A stretch of 64,000 bases of DNA from Fonticula alba ATCC 38817 (GCA_000388065.2 KB932202.1), one strand, 5' to 3'; positions 1 to 12,874 are shown, counted from the first letter of the stretch. Program-made: numbers and translations. The notes: generated by a model not told the origin, from the letters alone.

Positions 1-2989
1 TGGCCGCCGCAGCCGCGGTCTTCGGGTCCAAGGCCGACAGTGAGTGGCAGGACGCCAGCACCAATGAAGCCGGATGCAGGCCGAGCCCGGCCACCGGAGT
101 CAGGTGCGTCGGAGCGCCGGGCGCAAAGAGGTCGGCATTCAGCATCAGCGACGACGCCGAGGGGGCCGAGGCCGGGCCCGGGGCCAGCCGCGCCGAGGAC
201 AGGGACTCCAGGGGGTTGGATGCGGAGGAGATGCTGGGCAGGGCCACACCCTCGAGGGTCAGCTCATCCGTGGTCAGGGTGCCGGTCTTGTCGAAGCAGC
301 AGATGTCCAGCTTCCCGGCAAGCGGGATGCGGAAGGGCTCCGTGCAGAAGATGGCCTTCTGGGTCAGGGCCACCAGGCTCTGGTTCACGGCCAGGGCCAG
401 CTCCATGGGCAGCTCCGGGGGGATGACGCTGGTGACGATGAGAATGCAGTTGAGCAGGAGCTTGTATCGATCGCGATCATTGGCGATGCCTGGTAGTCAG
501 GGGGGGGGGGGCATAGAAGAGGAGAGAGTGAGAAAAAGAGCGAGCGGCCACCCGGGGGAGGGGAGTAACTTGTGCGTGTACATCGGATCGAGATAAGGAG
601 GAGAAGCCGATACAGCCACGTGTATGCGGGTGTGCGTATATATAAATATATATGCGCGAGATCTGCAGTGTCGCACCTTCCATCCAGACGTAAACCGACG
701 CGCTGACGGCAAAGACCATGAGGAAGAGGATGAAGAATAGGCTCTCAGCGCTGTTGGCACTGACGCGCTCCGTGCTGGAGGCAATGGTCCGAATGAGCTT
801 GCCCTGGTAGGTGTTGAAGCCGGTGCGCAAGACAAACCCGAGCGACCCGCCGTCAGGGGCTATGGTGGACAAATAGCCAAGAAAGAACGAGTGTTGTGAG
901 CAGGGAGTTGAGGAGGCGAGTGGGGCAAGAGCAGGTGGCCATCAGTGGAGAGGCCAGGTCAGGGCGCACGGGTCTCGATGGAGGCATTGATGGCCGACTC
1001 AGCCTGAACAACCTTCGTGCCGGCAAAGACACAAAGGGCCCGGTGGCGCGAGCGCAGATCCAGGAGCTCGGCAGCCGCGGCAGCCGCTGCATCGGCAGTG
1101 GCACCCGGTGCAACGCCAGTCACACCCGCGAGGGATTCCTGGGTCGAGGGGAAAGAGGGGCAGCCGAGCCATCCCGGCAGGCGGTCAGTCGGTCGGTTCG
1201 GCACAACAGGAGAGAGGACAGCCGAAAGAGTGGTTTGGAGGCGGGCGAGCGGGCGGGCAGGTAGCAGTGGCGAACCTTCGGCTGCGGGACACTCTCGCCG
1301 GTGAGCATGGCCTCGTTGACGATGCACGTGCCGTCAAGCAAGAGAACATCGCAGGGGACGCCGCGATCATTCTCCGAGCGGACTTTAGCGCCAAAGTGTG
1401 AGGCGGCGGGCTGTTAGATGGGAAAGTGGCCGACTCCAAGGAGGGGCATTGTCACGGTGAGAAGGAGCAGCATACGCACCAATCGAAATAATGTCACCTG
1501 GGATGAGCTTCGAGCTGGAGATCTCCACCCACTGACCGAAGCGGAAGGCATTCACAGGGAACGGCTTGGGGGACATGTTGCGCAGCTCGGTGAAGTTCTT
1601 CAGGCGCTGCGAGACCACAGTCGCCTCGAAGGTCACCAGCATGAAGAGCGTGAACAGGCTGAAGTACCAATAGTCATCGAACATGTAGAGGACCACACAG
1701 AAGACCTGGAACACGAAGAAGGGGGCAATGGAGTGTTCCTTGAAGAGCTCCAGGAAAGTGGGCTGGGGGATGGCAAGACTGCGCGCGAGGGGCAGGAGCA
1801 AGCGTGAGAATGGTGCGGCAGTGTAACGGTGTGTGGGGGTGGGAGGGGGAGTGGGGAGGGGGATGGCAACGCACGTGTTCTGGCCCCACTTGCGCTCGTT
1901 CTCAAAGACATCCAGCTCATTGGAATACCCACGCCACTGGCGGTAGTAATGCAGCGGCCGGCTAGTCTCGAAATGCTCGCGGTAGAAGTACTGTCGGGCA
2001 GAGGGAGAGAGGGGGGGGGGGGGCGAGAGGTTAGCAGGGGACGAAGGGAAGAGAGATGTCCGTAAAGTCGAGAGCAGAAACAGAAAGGAGGAGAGGCTCG
2101 AGAAAAAAGCGCACCTTATGGGTCTCATGATAGACAAACTTGCGCAGCTGATACACAAAGTACAGCTGACGCTGACCGGTGGACTGGAGTGGGAAAGGGC
2201 GCAAGGACAGCAGGTTAGTGGGAGAGGGGCGAGGGGAGGGTGTTTGCCCCGGGAGCGAAGCAAGAGAAGGAGAGACGCCGGGCCAATTGGGAGTCGCCGG
2301 CATACGTACGGTGTCAACGAGCAGGGGGCAAACCGTGGGCTTGCCCTTGTGGGGGACCGGCTCCACGCGAATGTACACGGCCTTGTACGGGTCGGTCACC
2401 TGGCAGAGGCGAGCAAGAAGGCCGACAAGCAGCACAGAAGGCGGGTGGGAGGGGGGACCTGTCAGCCTGGCCAAGCACTGGATGGGAAATGGGGAAGGGG
2501 AAAATCGGGGGCAGGCAGCAGGCGACGCACCTCGCGGCAGAGAACTCGCACACGCAGCGAAATACTCCACTGGCAGGAGAGGATCAGCAGGACATGGCCA
2601 AAAACCATGGCCACACCGAGGAGCAGCCAGACATCCGGGTTGGCAATGATGCCAGCCGCATAGAGGCCGGCCGCGATGAGGTAAAGCGTCGCATAGGGAA
2701 GAGTGTAGATGCGGGCCCAGACCGGACGCGGCACATGGAAGGAGGCGCTCTTGATGGAGGTGGACCGAACCAGGGCGTTGGAGGTGGCCGCCGGTGAGGT
2801 GGGCTCCAGGTACGGGTTGTCCGTGGACAGAGAGGGGTCAGGCGAGAGAGAGACACCCGGCCCGGCGGCCGGGTCGCCTTGCGGCCGCCGAGGCCGTGCG
2901 CGCGTCGAGGCCGCCCCGTCGGCGAGGGACACCGCCGACGAGAGGGCCTTCTCGCTGGGACCCATCGGCTTCGAGGAGGCCGGGGACAT
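1..2989 (-). CDS. SPF1: P5A-type ATPase (Spf1/ATP13A1); multi-exon, 3' end runs off the window start
   Basis: Minus-strand exons encode [31 protein letters not shown], the A-domain motif [15 protein letters not shown], the M4 P5A signature [12 protein letters not shown] (~398-435) and the phosphorylation motif [12 protein letters not shown] (~272-310). ATG at 2989. GT-AG introns join these in frame where checked. Confidence 0.95.
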
Positions 2990-4208
2990 TAGCGATTGCC
3001 CGCCACTGAGGGGGGAAGGGGAGCGTTGATGGGAGGAAAGGTGGACGGTGGGGGGCGGAGTTCACACGAGATGAGGGCGGGCGGGGGGGGGGGGGGAGGG
3101 AGAAGGGGAGAGGGAGCACAGGACACTGGTGCCAAGGGTTACCTGGGACAACCAGGGGGCCTCACAAGAGTGCCGCCCCCACGCCCCCCCGCCCCCCCCC
3201 CCCCGGGGCGAGAACGCTGACAAGGACATCAGTTGGCTGCTGGGCGGCCGGCCCGCCGAGGGTGAGACACGTTGGCCTCCTCCGGCCCAGAACACCGGGC
3301 TCTTGGCGACTGGGCGCATGAAAAAAAGGAAAGACAAAAAAGCGGCCACCCTCATTTCCGGGATGAGAGGGTGTCCACACCCGGCGTGGCTCCCCCCCCC
3401 CCCCGGCCACGCCTCCGCGCGTTCAGGTGTCATTGTCACCATCCCTGTTGTGGCTGGCCCGGAAGTGCGTGTCGAAAAAATAGCCTCCCGATGTTCGGTC
3501 GTGGCGGAAAAAATATCCAGCCCACTGGAATCAGCTGGGTGTCACCTAGACCCCTCCATCCGGTCCGGCCGGGTCCCTGGGGCGCGCGGAAGTGGGGCCC
3601 CTCAGCCAAGAGAAACATGTTGCCCCCCCGCCCCGTTTCCTTCTTTTTCTCTCCACGGAGCCAGGCCCCCAAGGTGGCAGGGTGCGCTTGTTCTCCCGGG
3701 TCTGCCCCTACTGAGGCCGGCGGGGGTTGGGTTTGTCGGTGCCAGCTGCCTGCCCAGGCGCGCGCGCGCATGAGCGCTCGTGCGTGTCGGCAAGGCCGTG
3801 GTTGTGGGCAATGGCTGGAGAACAGTTGAGACGAACACCAGAAGTGTCTGCCAACGTACGGAGCAAGAGCCTATCGTTGGAAGGCTATCGTAGTTCGCCC
3901 CGTGCTGAAGGTGGCAGGGGAGCAGGTGCTGGGGATTCTGTCCTTCGCCCTTTCCGTTCCAGGGAGGATCGCCAGGCACGAAGCGAGAACCCGGGACCGG
4001 CATCAGGGCGGCTGGTCATTTGCCGCCCGGTGTCGACAGGAGGCATTTTGCGAGTCGGTCCCTTGTTCTTGCTCTCCCCCACTATCTCCCTCTCCGCCCT
4101 CTCCTTCTCCCTCCCTCTCCCTCTCTCTCTCTCTCTCCGTCTGTGTCTCTCCTAGTCATGTTTCCGGGTGTATTTGGGGTGTTCTACGCATGGGGACCAG
4201 TCCTGTGC

Positions 4209-5156
4209 TCAGTTGTGCTCCGGGGCATCGGTCATCAGGCTGTCCTCGGCGATGTTGGTCGCCGGGGCGTCAGAAGATGGGCCGCCTGCCGTTGAGGAAT
4301 CGACTGCTGGGCCCTCCGCAACATCGATCGGTGGGTCAACCAGGGGGGTATTGGCATCATGGTCTCCGTCGCTGCTCGGGGGCGTAGGAGTCGGCGCGCC
4401 GATGGCCACAGAGACATTGAGATCCTCCTCCGTGAGGTCGGCATCTTCAAGATCACTGTCTTCCGACTCGTCAGCTGGCCCGGTGAAGATCGGCAATTGG
4501 CGGAAGGTCTCGAGTTGAGCACTGGCCAGTGGTTTTGGGCATATTGGGCGGCAGGTGAATGGGAGGGGGGGGGGGGGATTGGCCGGACCACANNNNNNNN
4601 NNGCAACATGAGCAAAAACGCGAGGGAAAGAGAGAAACGGAAAAAAAAGGTCCTTGTGCCAGGGGGAAATGTACCGTTTCCGGAAAAGCTGGTCACACGC
4701 CGTCTGAAAGAGGCGCTCCTGGTCAGGAAGGTCAAACTCCAGCCCGGGAAGCTGTTCGACTATGGATTTGGCCCGGCGAAGGGATTCGAGAAAGATGAGA
4801 ATCTGCATGCCGACAAGGCCCCAGAGAAGGAAAAGACGGATGGGACAAGGGATGAGGCGGGAGATGGGCGGAAATGTCAGTAACAATCGCGGCACGGGCA
4901 TAGAGGGGTGCACCGGTCCACACCGACAGCGAGGAGGCAATGCCAAACGCACCGACTTCTCGGCCTCCGACGGGTCCAGGCCATTTTCGATGGAGTCCAC
5001 GACATCCAACAGCTTGGGCAGGAAGTCGAAAGCAGCTCTGTCAAAGGGAGGCGCGTCTACGGCCGTCAGCCCCGGGCTGCCCGGCGTGGCCAGGCCCTCC
5101 CTCGGAGTCACAAGGCCGGAGGAGTGCGGTGCCCCGATGGGAGTGTCGGGGTTCAT
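4209..5156 (-). CDS. MED9: Mediator subunit MED9-like protein with acidic low-complexity C-terminal tail (3 exons)
   Basis: Spliced product contains FDFLPKLLDVVDSIE...LRRAKSIVEQLPGLEFDLPDQERLFQTACDQLFRKRAQLETFRQL. This matches the Med9 pattern as I recall it (FLP..., hxxhPGh, terminal helix). The start could be ~50 nt further upstream, next to an N gap. Confidence 0.7.
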   Translation of the reverse strand: MNPDTPIGAPHSSGLVTPREGLATPGSPGLTAVDAPPFDRAAFDFLPKLLDVVDSIENGLDPSEAEKSVRLALPPRCRCGPVHPSMPVPRLLLTFPPISRLIPCPIRLFLLWGLVGMQILIFLESLRRAKSIVEQLPGLEFDLPDQERLFQTACDQLFRKRYISPWHKDLFFPFLSFPRVFAHVXXXXCGPANPPPPLPFTCRPICPKPLASAQLETFRQLPIFTGPADESEDSDLEDADLTEEDLNVSVAIGAPTPTPPSSDGDHDANTPLVDPPIDVAEGPAVDSSTAGGPSSDAPATNIAEDSLMTDAPEHN

Positions 5157-5769
5157 CCTCGGTGTTGAGGAGCTTCCGGGGAAGGGAGAAAGGAGGTGGT
5201 CCATTTCANNNNNNNNNNNNNNNNNNNNNNNNNNNNNNNNNNNNNNNNNNNNNNNNNNNNNNNNNNNNNNNNNNNNNNNNNNNNNNNNNNNNNNNNNNNN
5301 NNNGGGGGGGGGGGGAGGCGGATTGACCGACGCCCAGGTTGGAGGCGCCCGAGCGCTATATCCGGTGAAAAAGCCAACCGGGCAGGTCCCCCCCAACTGG
5401 ACCAAGTAAACAGGGTTCCAGGGATGGCGGGCGGTCAGTTGGGATCCGATCGCTGGCGGCGTTGGCACTCGTATCTGCCTCGTGTTCCGTCGTCCCTTCT
5501 TCCCCGAGCACGGGGGAGAGGGGGGCGTTCCTGCGCCGGAGGTCCGGCTGAGGTGGGATCTGCTCTGGCGTGCGGACGGGTGGGAAAAGGGCCCCGGCGG
5601 CGCCTTCCGACGCACTCCATCCGCCCAGACACACTTCCTCTTCTGCCCGCCCCCTTGCGCCACCTCCCTTTCCCCTCCACTGCCCTCCCCCCCTTCCCCC
5701 CCCTCCCCCTCCCCCACCCACACACACACACATCCATCCACCTCGACTGGCTCCTCGTGCCTCGGCGAC

Positions 5770-7653
5770 ATGCACTCTCTCCTGCGGTGGGCTGGCCCAC
5801 TGGCCCGGCGATCAGGCACACAGCCGGCAACCGCGGCTGCCATGCATCAGCTCCTCCAGCGGTGTAGAGGGCCTCCCCGCGCCAAGGCCCCGGCCGGAGT
5901 GGCCCTTGCGTCGGGTGCCATCACCAGTGCCGGGGATGGCCCAGCCACGACACAGGCGCCGGAGGCTGAGCTGGCCTCCACTCCGGCAGCCGACCCGATG
6001 GCCGACCAAATGGCTGACATGATGGCCTCGTTGATGGCCTCTTCGGCTCCGATGCCGGGGGCAGGTGGGGCACTTGCCGGGGAGCTGCTTCCGCTGGCAT
6101 CCTCCTACCAAGATCCGGTGATGGGGTTCGTTTGGGTGGCCGAGCGGGCACTCCGGCTGCTGCACGATCTGCCATCTGGAGCTGGCTTGCCGCCGGTTCC
6201 CTGGTGGCTGACCATCCTGACGCTGACGCTGGTGGCGCGATCGGCCATCAGTGTGCCGGCCACCATGTGGAGTCTGCGGCGATCCCACGCCATCGAGCGC
6301 CTGAAGCCCACGCTGGATGCCTGGCAGGCACGCTTTTCGACGGAAATGATGCGCGACGTTGTCACGGCATACGAGCGGCGTCGTGATGCCCCAGGCCCGC
6401 CTCCAAGCCCGAAGGAAGTGCTGCAAGCCGGCAACATCAACATTGTCTACGAGGATGTCGTCCCGGCGGCGCATGGTATCGAGCTGGCCCCGGCCGCGCG
6501 AAAGAAGCTCGTCCGGCAACTGGAGAAGAGGGTGCGTTGCTCTGGTCTGGGGGCTTCCTTCTTTTTTTTTCTCTCTCTCGATCGGCCCCTGCCATGCTTC
6601 CCGCTGTCCATGGCAGACGATTTAACCCCCTCGGCTGGCGGTGATGGCGGTCGGGGGTGGCGGGAAAACCCAACGTCCCGTAGATGCGCAAGCAGCGAGG
6701 CGCCGAACTCAAAGGGGCCGGCCTGTCGCACTATGCCTCGCCACCGGTCATGATGGCTGTCATGCAGATCCCCCTGTGGCTGAGTGTGTCACTGGCACTG
6801 CGGCACATGTCCGCCTTCTCCGGGGGGTCGTGGCTGCTGAATGCGGCGGCCGGGACGCCGGACCCGGCTTTCCGCCCGGCGCCGCTGCCTGGCTTCACGG
6901 AGGGTGGCTTTGGTCCCTTCCTGGATCTGACAGTGGCCGATCCCTCGGGATTGCTGCCGCTGGCCACCGGGTCGGTGCTGCTGCTGAATTCGCTGGTGCG
7001 TCGTCTGGCCGGCTTCTCCTCTTGCCCCCCTTTGCTGTGTCCCCTTCGCTGTGTCCCCTTCGCTGTGTCCCCTTCGCTGTGTCCCCTTCGCTGTGTCCCC
7101 TTCGCTGTGTCTCTTACCTTCGCTGCCCCGCTGCATCTGCTTTCTCCCGGCACGGTGTCCTTGCCCACCATGGGCCGATCCATGTAGTACACGTACCTGC
7201 GCAAGCCGGCCGGCGTGGAGCTGTCCGTGCAGATGCGGTATGTCAATGCTCTGAGTGTTTCCGGAGCTTGTGTGATCTTCGCCCTGGGCGATACCCTCCC
7301 GGCGGTGCGTTCGCGTGTCCTCTCACCGAATTTGGCGCTCTCCACCTGTCTGCATCCCCATCTCGGCCCATGTTCCTCTCTTTGCTTTGCGCCAGACACT
7401 TACCCCCCGATGGCGGTGGCGAGAGCAGGCCCTCTACTTTTACTGGCTCTCAAGCGGCGTGTTCAGCCTCAGTCAGCAGGTCCTGCTCAATAATCCCTGG
7501 TTCCGGCGGTATGTCCTGCGAGTGCCCTTCCTCCGCAGTGAGCGTGCATCGCTCATCCACCTTGGTCGGCGCCTCCAGCGTGAGGGCAAGCTCGGGGCAT
7601 CTCTCCTGGCGGCCGCCCGCGGGTGGCGTATGCCGGCTTGGTGGCGGGCCTAG
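5770..7653 (+). CDS. COX18: Mitochondrial inner-membrane insertase, Oxa1/YidC family, COX18-like (4 exons)
   Basis: Contains PWWLTILTLTLVARSAISVP, MQIPLWLSVSLALRHM, GGFGPFLDLTVADPSGLLPLATG and LYFYWLSSGVFSLSQQVLL. The N-terminus is Arg/Ala-rich, presequence-like. Introns begin GTGCGT. Confidence 0.85.
7034..7110 (+). repeat. 14-bp minisatellite (GCTGTGTCCCCTTC), about 5 copies, in a COX18 intron
   Basis: Head-to-tail repeats with no spacers, read directly from the sequence. Confidence 0.95.
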
Positions 7654-7919
7654 AGGGGGGAGAACGCGCGTGCGGGCGAACAGCGCACCCCCCTGCCGGT
7701 GCCGGAAAATAGACTCTTCCGTCGGCAGTTCTCTGCTGGCGATTGTTCCCCTCAACCTGGCAGATGCGATCTCGCTGTCCTGGGGCGGTCCTGTCCGGCG
7801 GGGGAGCGGGGGCGGGGGAGCGGGGGCGGGGGAGCGGGGGCGGGGGCGGGGAGGGGGGAGCTAGCAACAGCAAAAGGTCCAGGGGTGTCGGTGGGCCGGT
7901 GTGGCTGCATCATCGGGCG

Positions 7920-8874
7920 NNNNNNNNNNNNNNNNNNNNNNNNNNNNNNNNNNNNNNNNNNNNNNNNNNNNNNNNNNNNNNNNNNNNNNNNNNNNNNNNN
8001 NNNNNNNNNNNNNNNNNNNNNNNNNNNNNNNNNNNNNNNNNNNNNNNNNNNNNNNNNNNNNNNNNNNNNNNNNNNNNNNNNNNNNNNNNNNNNNNNNNNN
8101 NNNNNNNNNNNNNNNNNNNNNNNNNNNNNNNNNNNNNNNNNNNNNNNNNNNNNNNNNNNNNNNNNNNNNNNNNNNNNNNNNNNNNNNNNNNNNNNNNNNN
8201 NNNNNNNNNNNNNNNNNNNNNNNNNNNNNNNNNNNNNNNNNNNNNNNNNNNNNNNNNNNNNNNNNNNNNNNNNNNNNNNNNNNNNNNNNNNNNNNNNNNN
8301 NNNNNNNNNNNNNNNNNNNNNNNNNNNNNNNNNNNNNNNNNNNNNNNNNNNNNNNNNNNNNNNNNNNNNNNNNNNNNNNNNNNNNNNNNNNNNNNNNNNN
8401 NNNNNNNNNNNNNNNNNNNNNNNNNNNNNNNNNNNNNNNNNNNNNNNNNNNNNNNNNNNNNNNNNNNNNNNNNNNNNNNNNNNNNNNNNNNNNNNNNNNN
8501 NNNNNNNNNNNNNNNNNNNNNNNNNNNNNNNNNNNNNNNNNNNNNNNNNNNNNNNNNNNNNNNNNNNNNNNNNNNNNNNNNNNNNNNNNNNNNNNNNNNN
8601 NNNNNNNNNNNNNNNNNNNNNNNNNNNNNNNNNNNNNNNNNNNNNNNNNNNNNNNNNNNNNNNNNNNNNNNNNNNNNNNNNNNNNNNNNNNNNNNNNNNN
8701 NNNNNNNNNNNNNNNNNNNNNNNNNNNNNNNNNNNNNNNNNNNNNNNNNNNNNNNNNNNNNNNNNNNNNNNNNNNNNNNNNNNNNNNNNNNNNNNNNNNN
8801 NNNNNNNNNNNNNNNNNNNNNNNNNNNNNNNNNNNNNNNNNNNNNNNNNNNNNNNNNNNNNNNNNNNNNNNNNN
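7920..8874. other. Assembly gap (N run). Other gaps at about 4593, 5209, 18504, 20800, 28973, 41135, 46104, 47160, 48349, 59354 and 62126
   Basis: N runs, most flanked by poly-G/C or (CA)n. Confidence 1.
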
Positions 8875-9053
8875 CCATTGGAGAAATACATCTTGTCCTG
8901 TCTCTCTTTGCCCATATACCGCCTTGTGGAGGCCGAGGGCGGTGTCTGTGCTCCTCCCCGGCGAATCGGACAGGCACAGCCCTCAAAGAGTGACTCCTCG
9001 ATGTGCAGACTTCCGGATTTATACGCGGCAAGCGAAGGACCCAGCAACCGGAC

Positions 9054-9126
9054 GGGGGCGTAGCTCAAATGGTAGAGCGGCCGCTTAGCATGCGGCAGGC
9101 AGGGGGATCGATACCCTCCGCCTCCA
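9054..9126 (+). tRNA. tRNA-Ala (AGC), copy 1
   Basis: Cloverleaf: acceptor GGGGGCG/CGCCTCC with the G3:U70 Ala identity pair, D arm GCTC/GAGC, anticodon stem GCCGC/GCGGC with loop TT-AGC-AT, T loop ATCGATA. A TTTTT terminator follows a few nt downstream. Confidence 0.97.
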
Positions 9127-9740
9127 GGGTTCTTTTTGTCATTCGGAATGAGCCGGGCCTCACCGGACATTGCGCAGACGCACACGGCCGGGGCCTGTGT
9201 ACTTTTTCCTTTTTCTTTCTTTCCCTCTTTCCTCTCTCTCTCTCTCTCTCTCTGTGCTGCAAGGGTTGATAATTGCCAGGGAGCCATGTGAAACGAAGAC
9301 ACATGGCCAAGGGGTGTCGTCCGGCGCTCTTAAGGAGTGGGAGGGGAATGAGGAAGGTGTCGATCGCACACCTGCCCCTTTTTGCATCCCCTGTCCCTTT
9401 TTGCACACCGGTCACCTACACTGGTGGACATATGGTGGGAAACTGGCGCCGGAGCGTCGCGCCTCCGAGAGAGAGGCCAAGACGCCTGGCAAGTCTTTCA
9501 TTGGAGGGAATATATTTTTGGGGTGGTTTCGCACGGGAGGGAGCGACATAGGCAGCGAAGCAGGAGGACGCAGGGAAAAAAAAACACGAGAGGAGGCGAC
9601 ACGCGCGCTGGGGGAAAACACGGAGATGCAAGGACAGAGGGAGGGGGAGAAGGGGAAGGAAGACCGAAAGGAAGCTGCCAATCATGGGGGCCACACGTTC
9701 GGCCACCGGCACACGAGGCGACCGACAGGAAGGTGCGCAC

Positions 9741-11211
9741 TCAGACGGTAGCATGCATGTCGTTGAACCAGGGGTGCACGAGGGCGCGCTTGCAAGAAAT
9801 GCGGTTGGCCGGGTCGTAGATGAGCATTTGCTGTGTGCGAAGCGAAAGAGCGCACGGCCAACATGGCGATTGGACAGACCCAGGTAGGGGGGAAGGGGGA
9901 GCGGCGGCGGACAAGAGGGCGGTTAAGATGCAGAAGGGGCCGGAGTGGAGCATCGGTGCTCCGCGGAGCAGCGGACAACGCCCTCCATCCCGGCAGCGCA
10001 GAGGCGGAGCCGGGGAGGGACAGGGAGGAAAAGACGAGACATGGTGGTCACCACGCAAGGATGGAAGGACATACCTTCAGCAGGTCCAGGCCAACAGGGT
10101 CCAGCCCGGGAACGGCTTCGGCCAGGTCCTGGGCCGGCCACTTGGGGATGCAGTTCTGGTAGTCCGGCAGGCGGACGACCTCGGGCCAGACCTCCTCGGT
10201 GGGAGTGCCGAGGCGCTGGAAAATCTTGAAGATCTCGTCAATCTCCGAGTCACCGGGGAAGAGCGGGCGCCGGGTGACCATCTCGGCCATGATGCAGCCG
10301 ACCGACCAGACATCCACCGGGGTGGAGTACTGGCGCGAGCCGAGGAGAATCTCCGGCGCGCGGTACCACAGGGTGACCACCTCGTGGGTGTACGCGCGAA
10401 TCGGCACCCCGAACACACGGGCCAGGCCGAAATCCGCCAGCTTGATGTTGCCGATGGTGTCGATCAGCAGGTTGTGCGGCTTCAGGTCGCGGTGCAGAAT
10501 GCGACGCTGGTGGCAGTAGTTCAGGCCGTCGAGGATCTGGAAAACGTAGGACTGGGGGCAGAGCACGGCAGCGAGGGAGAAGTGCCGGAGAAGGGAGAGA
10601 CACAGGGCGGGTGAGTTGCTGCTCGTGGCGCCACAGGGCAGGGCCGATGCATGGGGCAGGCCAAAATGGACGCGCGCATGTGCACGAACGAACCTTGACA
10701 AGGGCCATGTCCAGAGGGAGGTGGCGGGTGGCCTCGATGTAGCGACGAAGATCGCGCTCCATGTACTCGAAGACCAGGTAGACCTTGCTCTCGTGCTGGA
10801 TGACATCCTTGAGACTACGTGGGTACAAGGGCGAGACAGAGGGAAGCATTGAACCACGGCATGGGCCCGGACAGAGAGGAGGAGGAGGAGGAGGAGGAGG
10901 AGGAAGAACGGCCCGAGGGACGAGAGAGAGAGAGAGAAGGGGGGGGGGAGAGGGGTAGAGAGACGGAGTCAGGGGGAAGAACGGGCAGGGGAGCGATGAT
11001 GGCAAATGCAAGCGTACCCGATGATGCTCTTGTGCTGGAGCTCACGGAGGACGGAAATCTCACGGATGGCCGTGCTCGGGACACCCTCGTCCTCATTGTC
11101 CAGGCGAATCTTCTTCATGGCGACAATGGTCTGAGTGGCAATCTCCTCGGCCTTGTAGACGACACCGTAGGTGCCCTCGCCGATTTTGTCGATCTTCCGG
11201 TAGGCGTCCAT
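9741..11211 (-). CDS. CDK1: Cyclin-dependent kinase CDK1/cdc2 (4 exons)
   Basis: Contains [43 protein letters not shown] and [14 protein letters not shown]. The splice junctions checked are in frame. Confidence 0.97.
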
Positions 11212-11802
11212 TGTCTAGCGAGTACGAGGGTCAAGAGGTGTGGGCAGAGGCCGACGGCGGTAGGTGAGGACAATGAAAGGGACGAAAGAGGGAAATAATG
11301 TGTGTGCGTGTGTGCGTGTGTGTGTGTGTGTGTGCGAGTAGGCGTACGAGAGAGGAAGCGGGCGGGGTGTGTGCGTGTGTGTGTGTGCGTGAAAGGGGGG
11401 GGGGAGACGAAGAGACGGGGCGGTAGCGGCGAGGGAGGAAGGGGAAGCGCTGGGGAGGGAGAAAGATGGAGCTGAGGTGGGGCTGGCAAATGACGGGTTT
11501 CGGGGGGTGGATAATGAAGCGGGGCAGAATGGACAGGAGCGCCTCCTCAAGAAGGGCTCTTTCCCTGTTCAGGGAATCGGGGATGAAGGGGGACACCGAT
11601 GGGCCGGAGCATCGTCCAGGAAACTGCTCCCCAGCCAGGGGCAATGCTCGGGCGCCGGGCAACCCCCACCCCCGGGGGGGGGGGCGAGCATTGTTCGGGT
11701 GCCCGGGTCCGAACTGCGGCCGGTGTTGCCGCGACCGTCCGGGGCCGGGATGGAGGGGCTCCCAGCCGGTGCGCAGCCGTGTGGGGACATGGAGAAGGAC
11801 AT

Positions 11803-11833
<31 letters not shown>

Positions 11834-12874
11834 CACTGGCAACGAGTCCCGCTCTAAGGTCGTGTAACTGGCCTGTCGCGCACATGGGGGCCAGGGGGGA
11901 AGGCGCTGGCATGTTCGGCCACAGGCTCGTAGTCCGCGCGCGCGCGCGGACAGGCGGGCAAAGAAGCCCCCGAGCCCCGGGCCGTTGATTCACGCCGGAG
12001 CCGGGGCAACATGCTTGTCAGGCATGAGGACAGGGACACTCGGACCCCGCATCGCCGGGGGCGTCTTCTTCCCGGGTACACGCGCGGGCACAATGTGTGT
12101 AAGTTGTGGACGCGCGCGGACGCACACACCCACACCCGCACATGCTCACTCACTCACTTGCGCGGATTCGCGGTACACACCTCCAACGGCCAGGGGCCGC
12201 GTAACCGATCTATTTAAAAAGCCGCCCCCCCCCCCCCCCCGGCGCCCAGGCTCTGCCCCGGTCGGTGTATTTAAACAGGGAAGAAAAAAAACCGCTCTCT
12301 CCCACGTGATCCACGAATACGTTCATTGGCATGCTAGGTCCCCTTCCGGGCGTCCGGTTTGTAATGTGCATCCAGAGGGCGGGCTGGCGGGGGTCCTCGC
12401 AACGATCACCTCTCACGCATTGTCCGTCGTATGGGGCCCGGTTCCGCGAGCAGTGTTCATTATGCCCTGAGAGGAACTGACATTCGATCGAATGGTGTGC
12501 CGTTGGGCCGCAGACCAAAAGGGTCGGACCGATCGTGCATTGTCCGGCCAGCAGGCCCGGGGCGCAGGTCAGGATACCGGGCACCTGGCGCGTGGGCGCG
12601 CACCAAGCTGACACGGACTTCAGATGCGCACGCCCCCAGGCCAGGGGGACCAACAGTTGTGTGTGTGTGTGTGTGTGCGTGTGCAAACTTGTCTACAGGG
12701 GGGAGGGGAGGAGACGGTGAGGAGCAGGGTGAGGCCAGCGTGGAAATCGGCCTCCTCGGCCTTGGGCAAAAAATACCCCCCCCTCCCCCTCACCCACACT
12801 CACTGACACATTGGCTGTAATCCAGGGCTGTCTATTCGGCCTTCTCCTTCAAGAAAGGCAGGATGATCCATTGT

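Noticed and set aside
7034-7110. Regular short repeat array, possible CRISPR
   Set aside because: The 14-bp units have no spacers, the array is intronic and eukaryotic, and there are no cas genes.
7699-9302. Long ORFs spanning N gaps (also near 46823-48153 and 58790-60192) and many GC-rich antisense ORFs
   Set aside because: They are artefacts of N read-through and of stop-codon scarcity at high GC.
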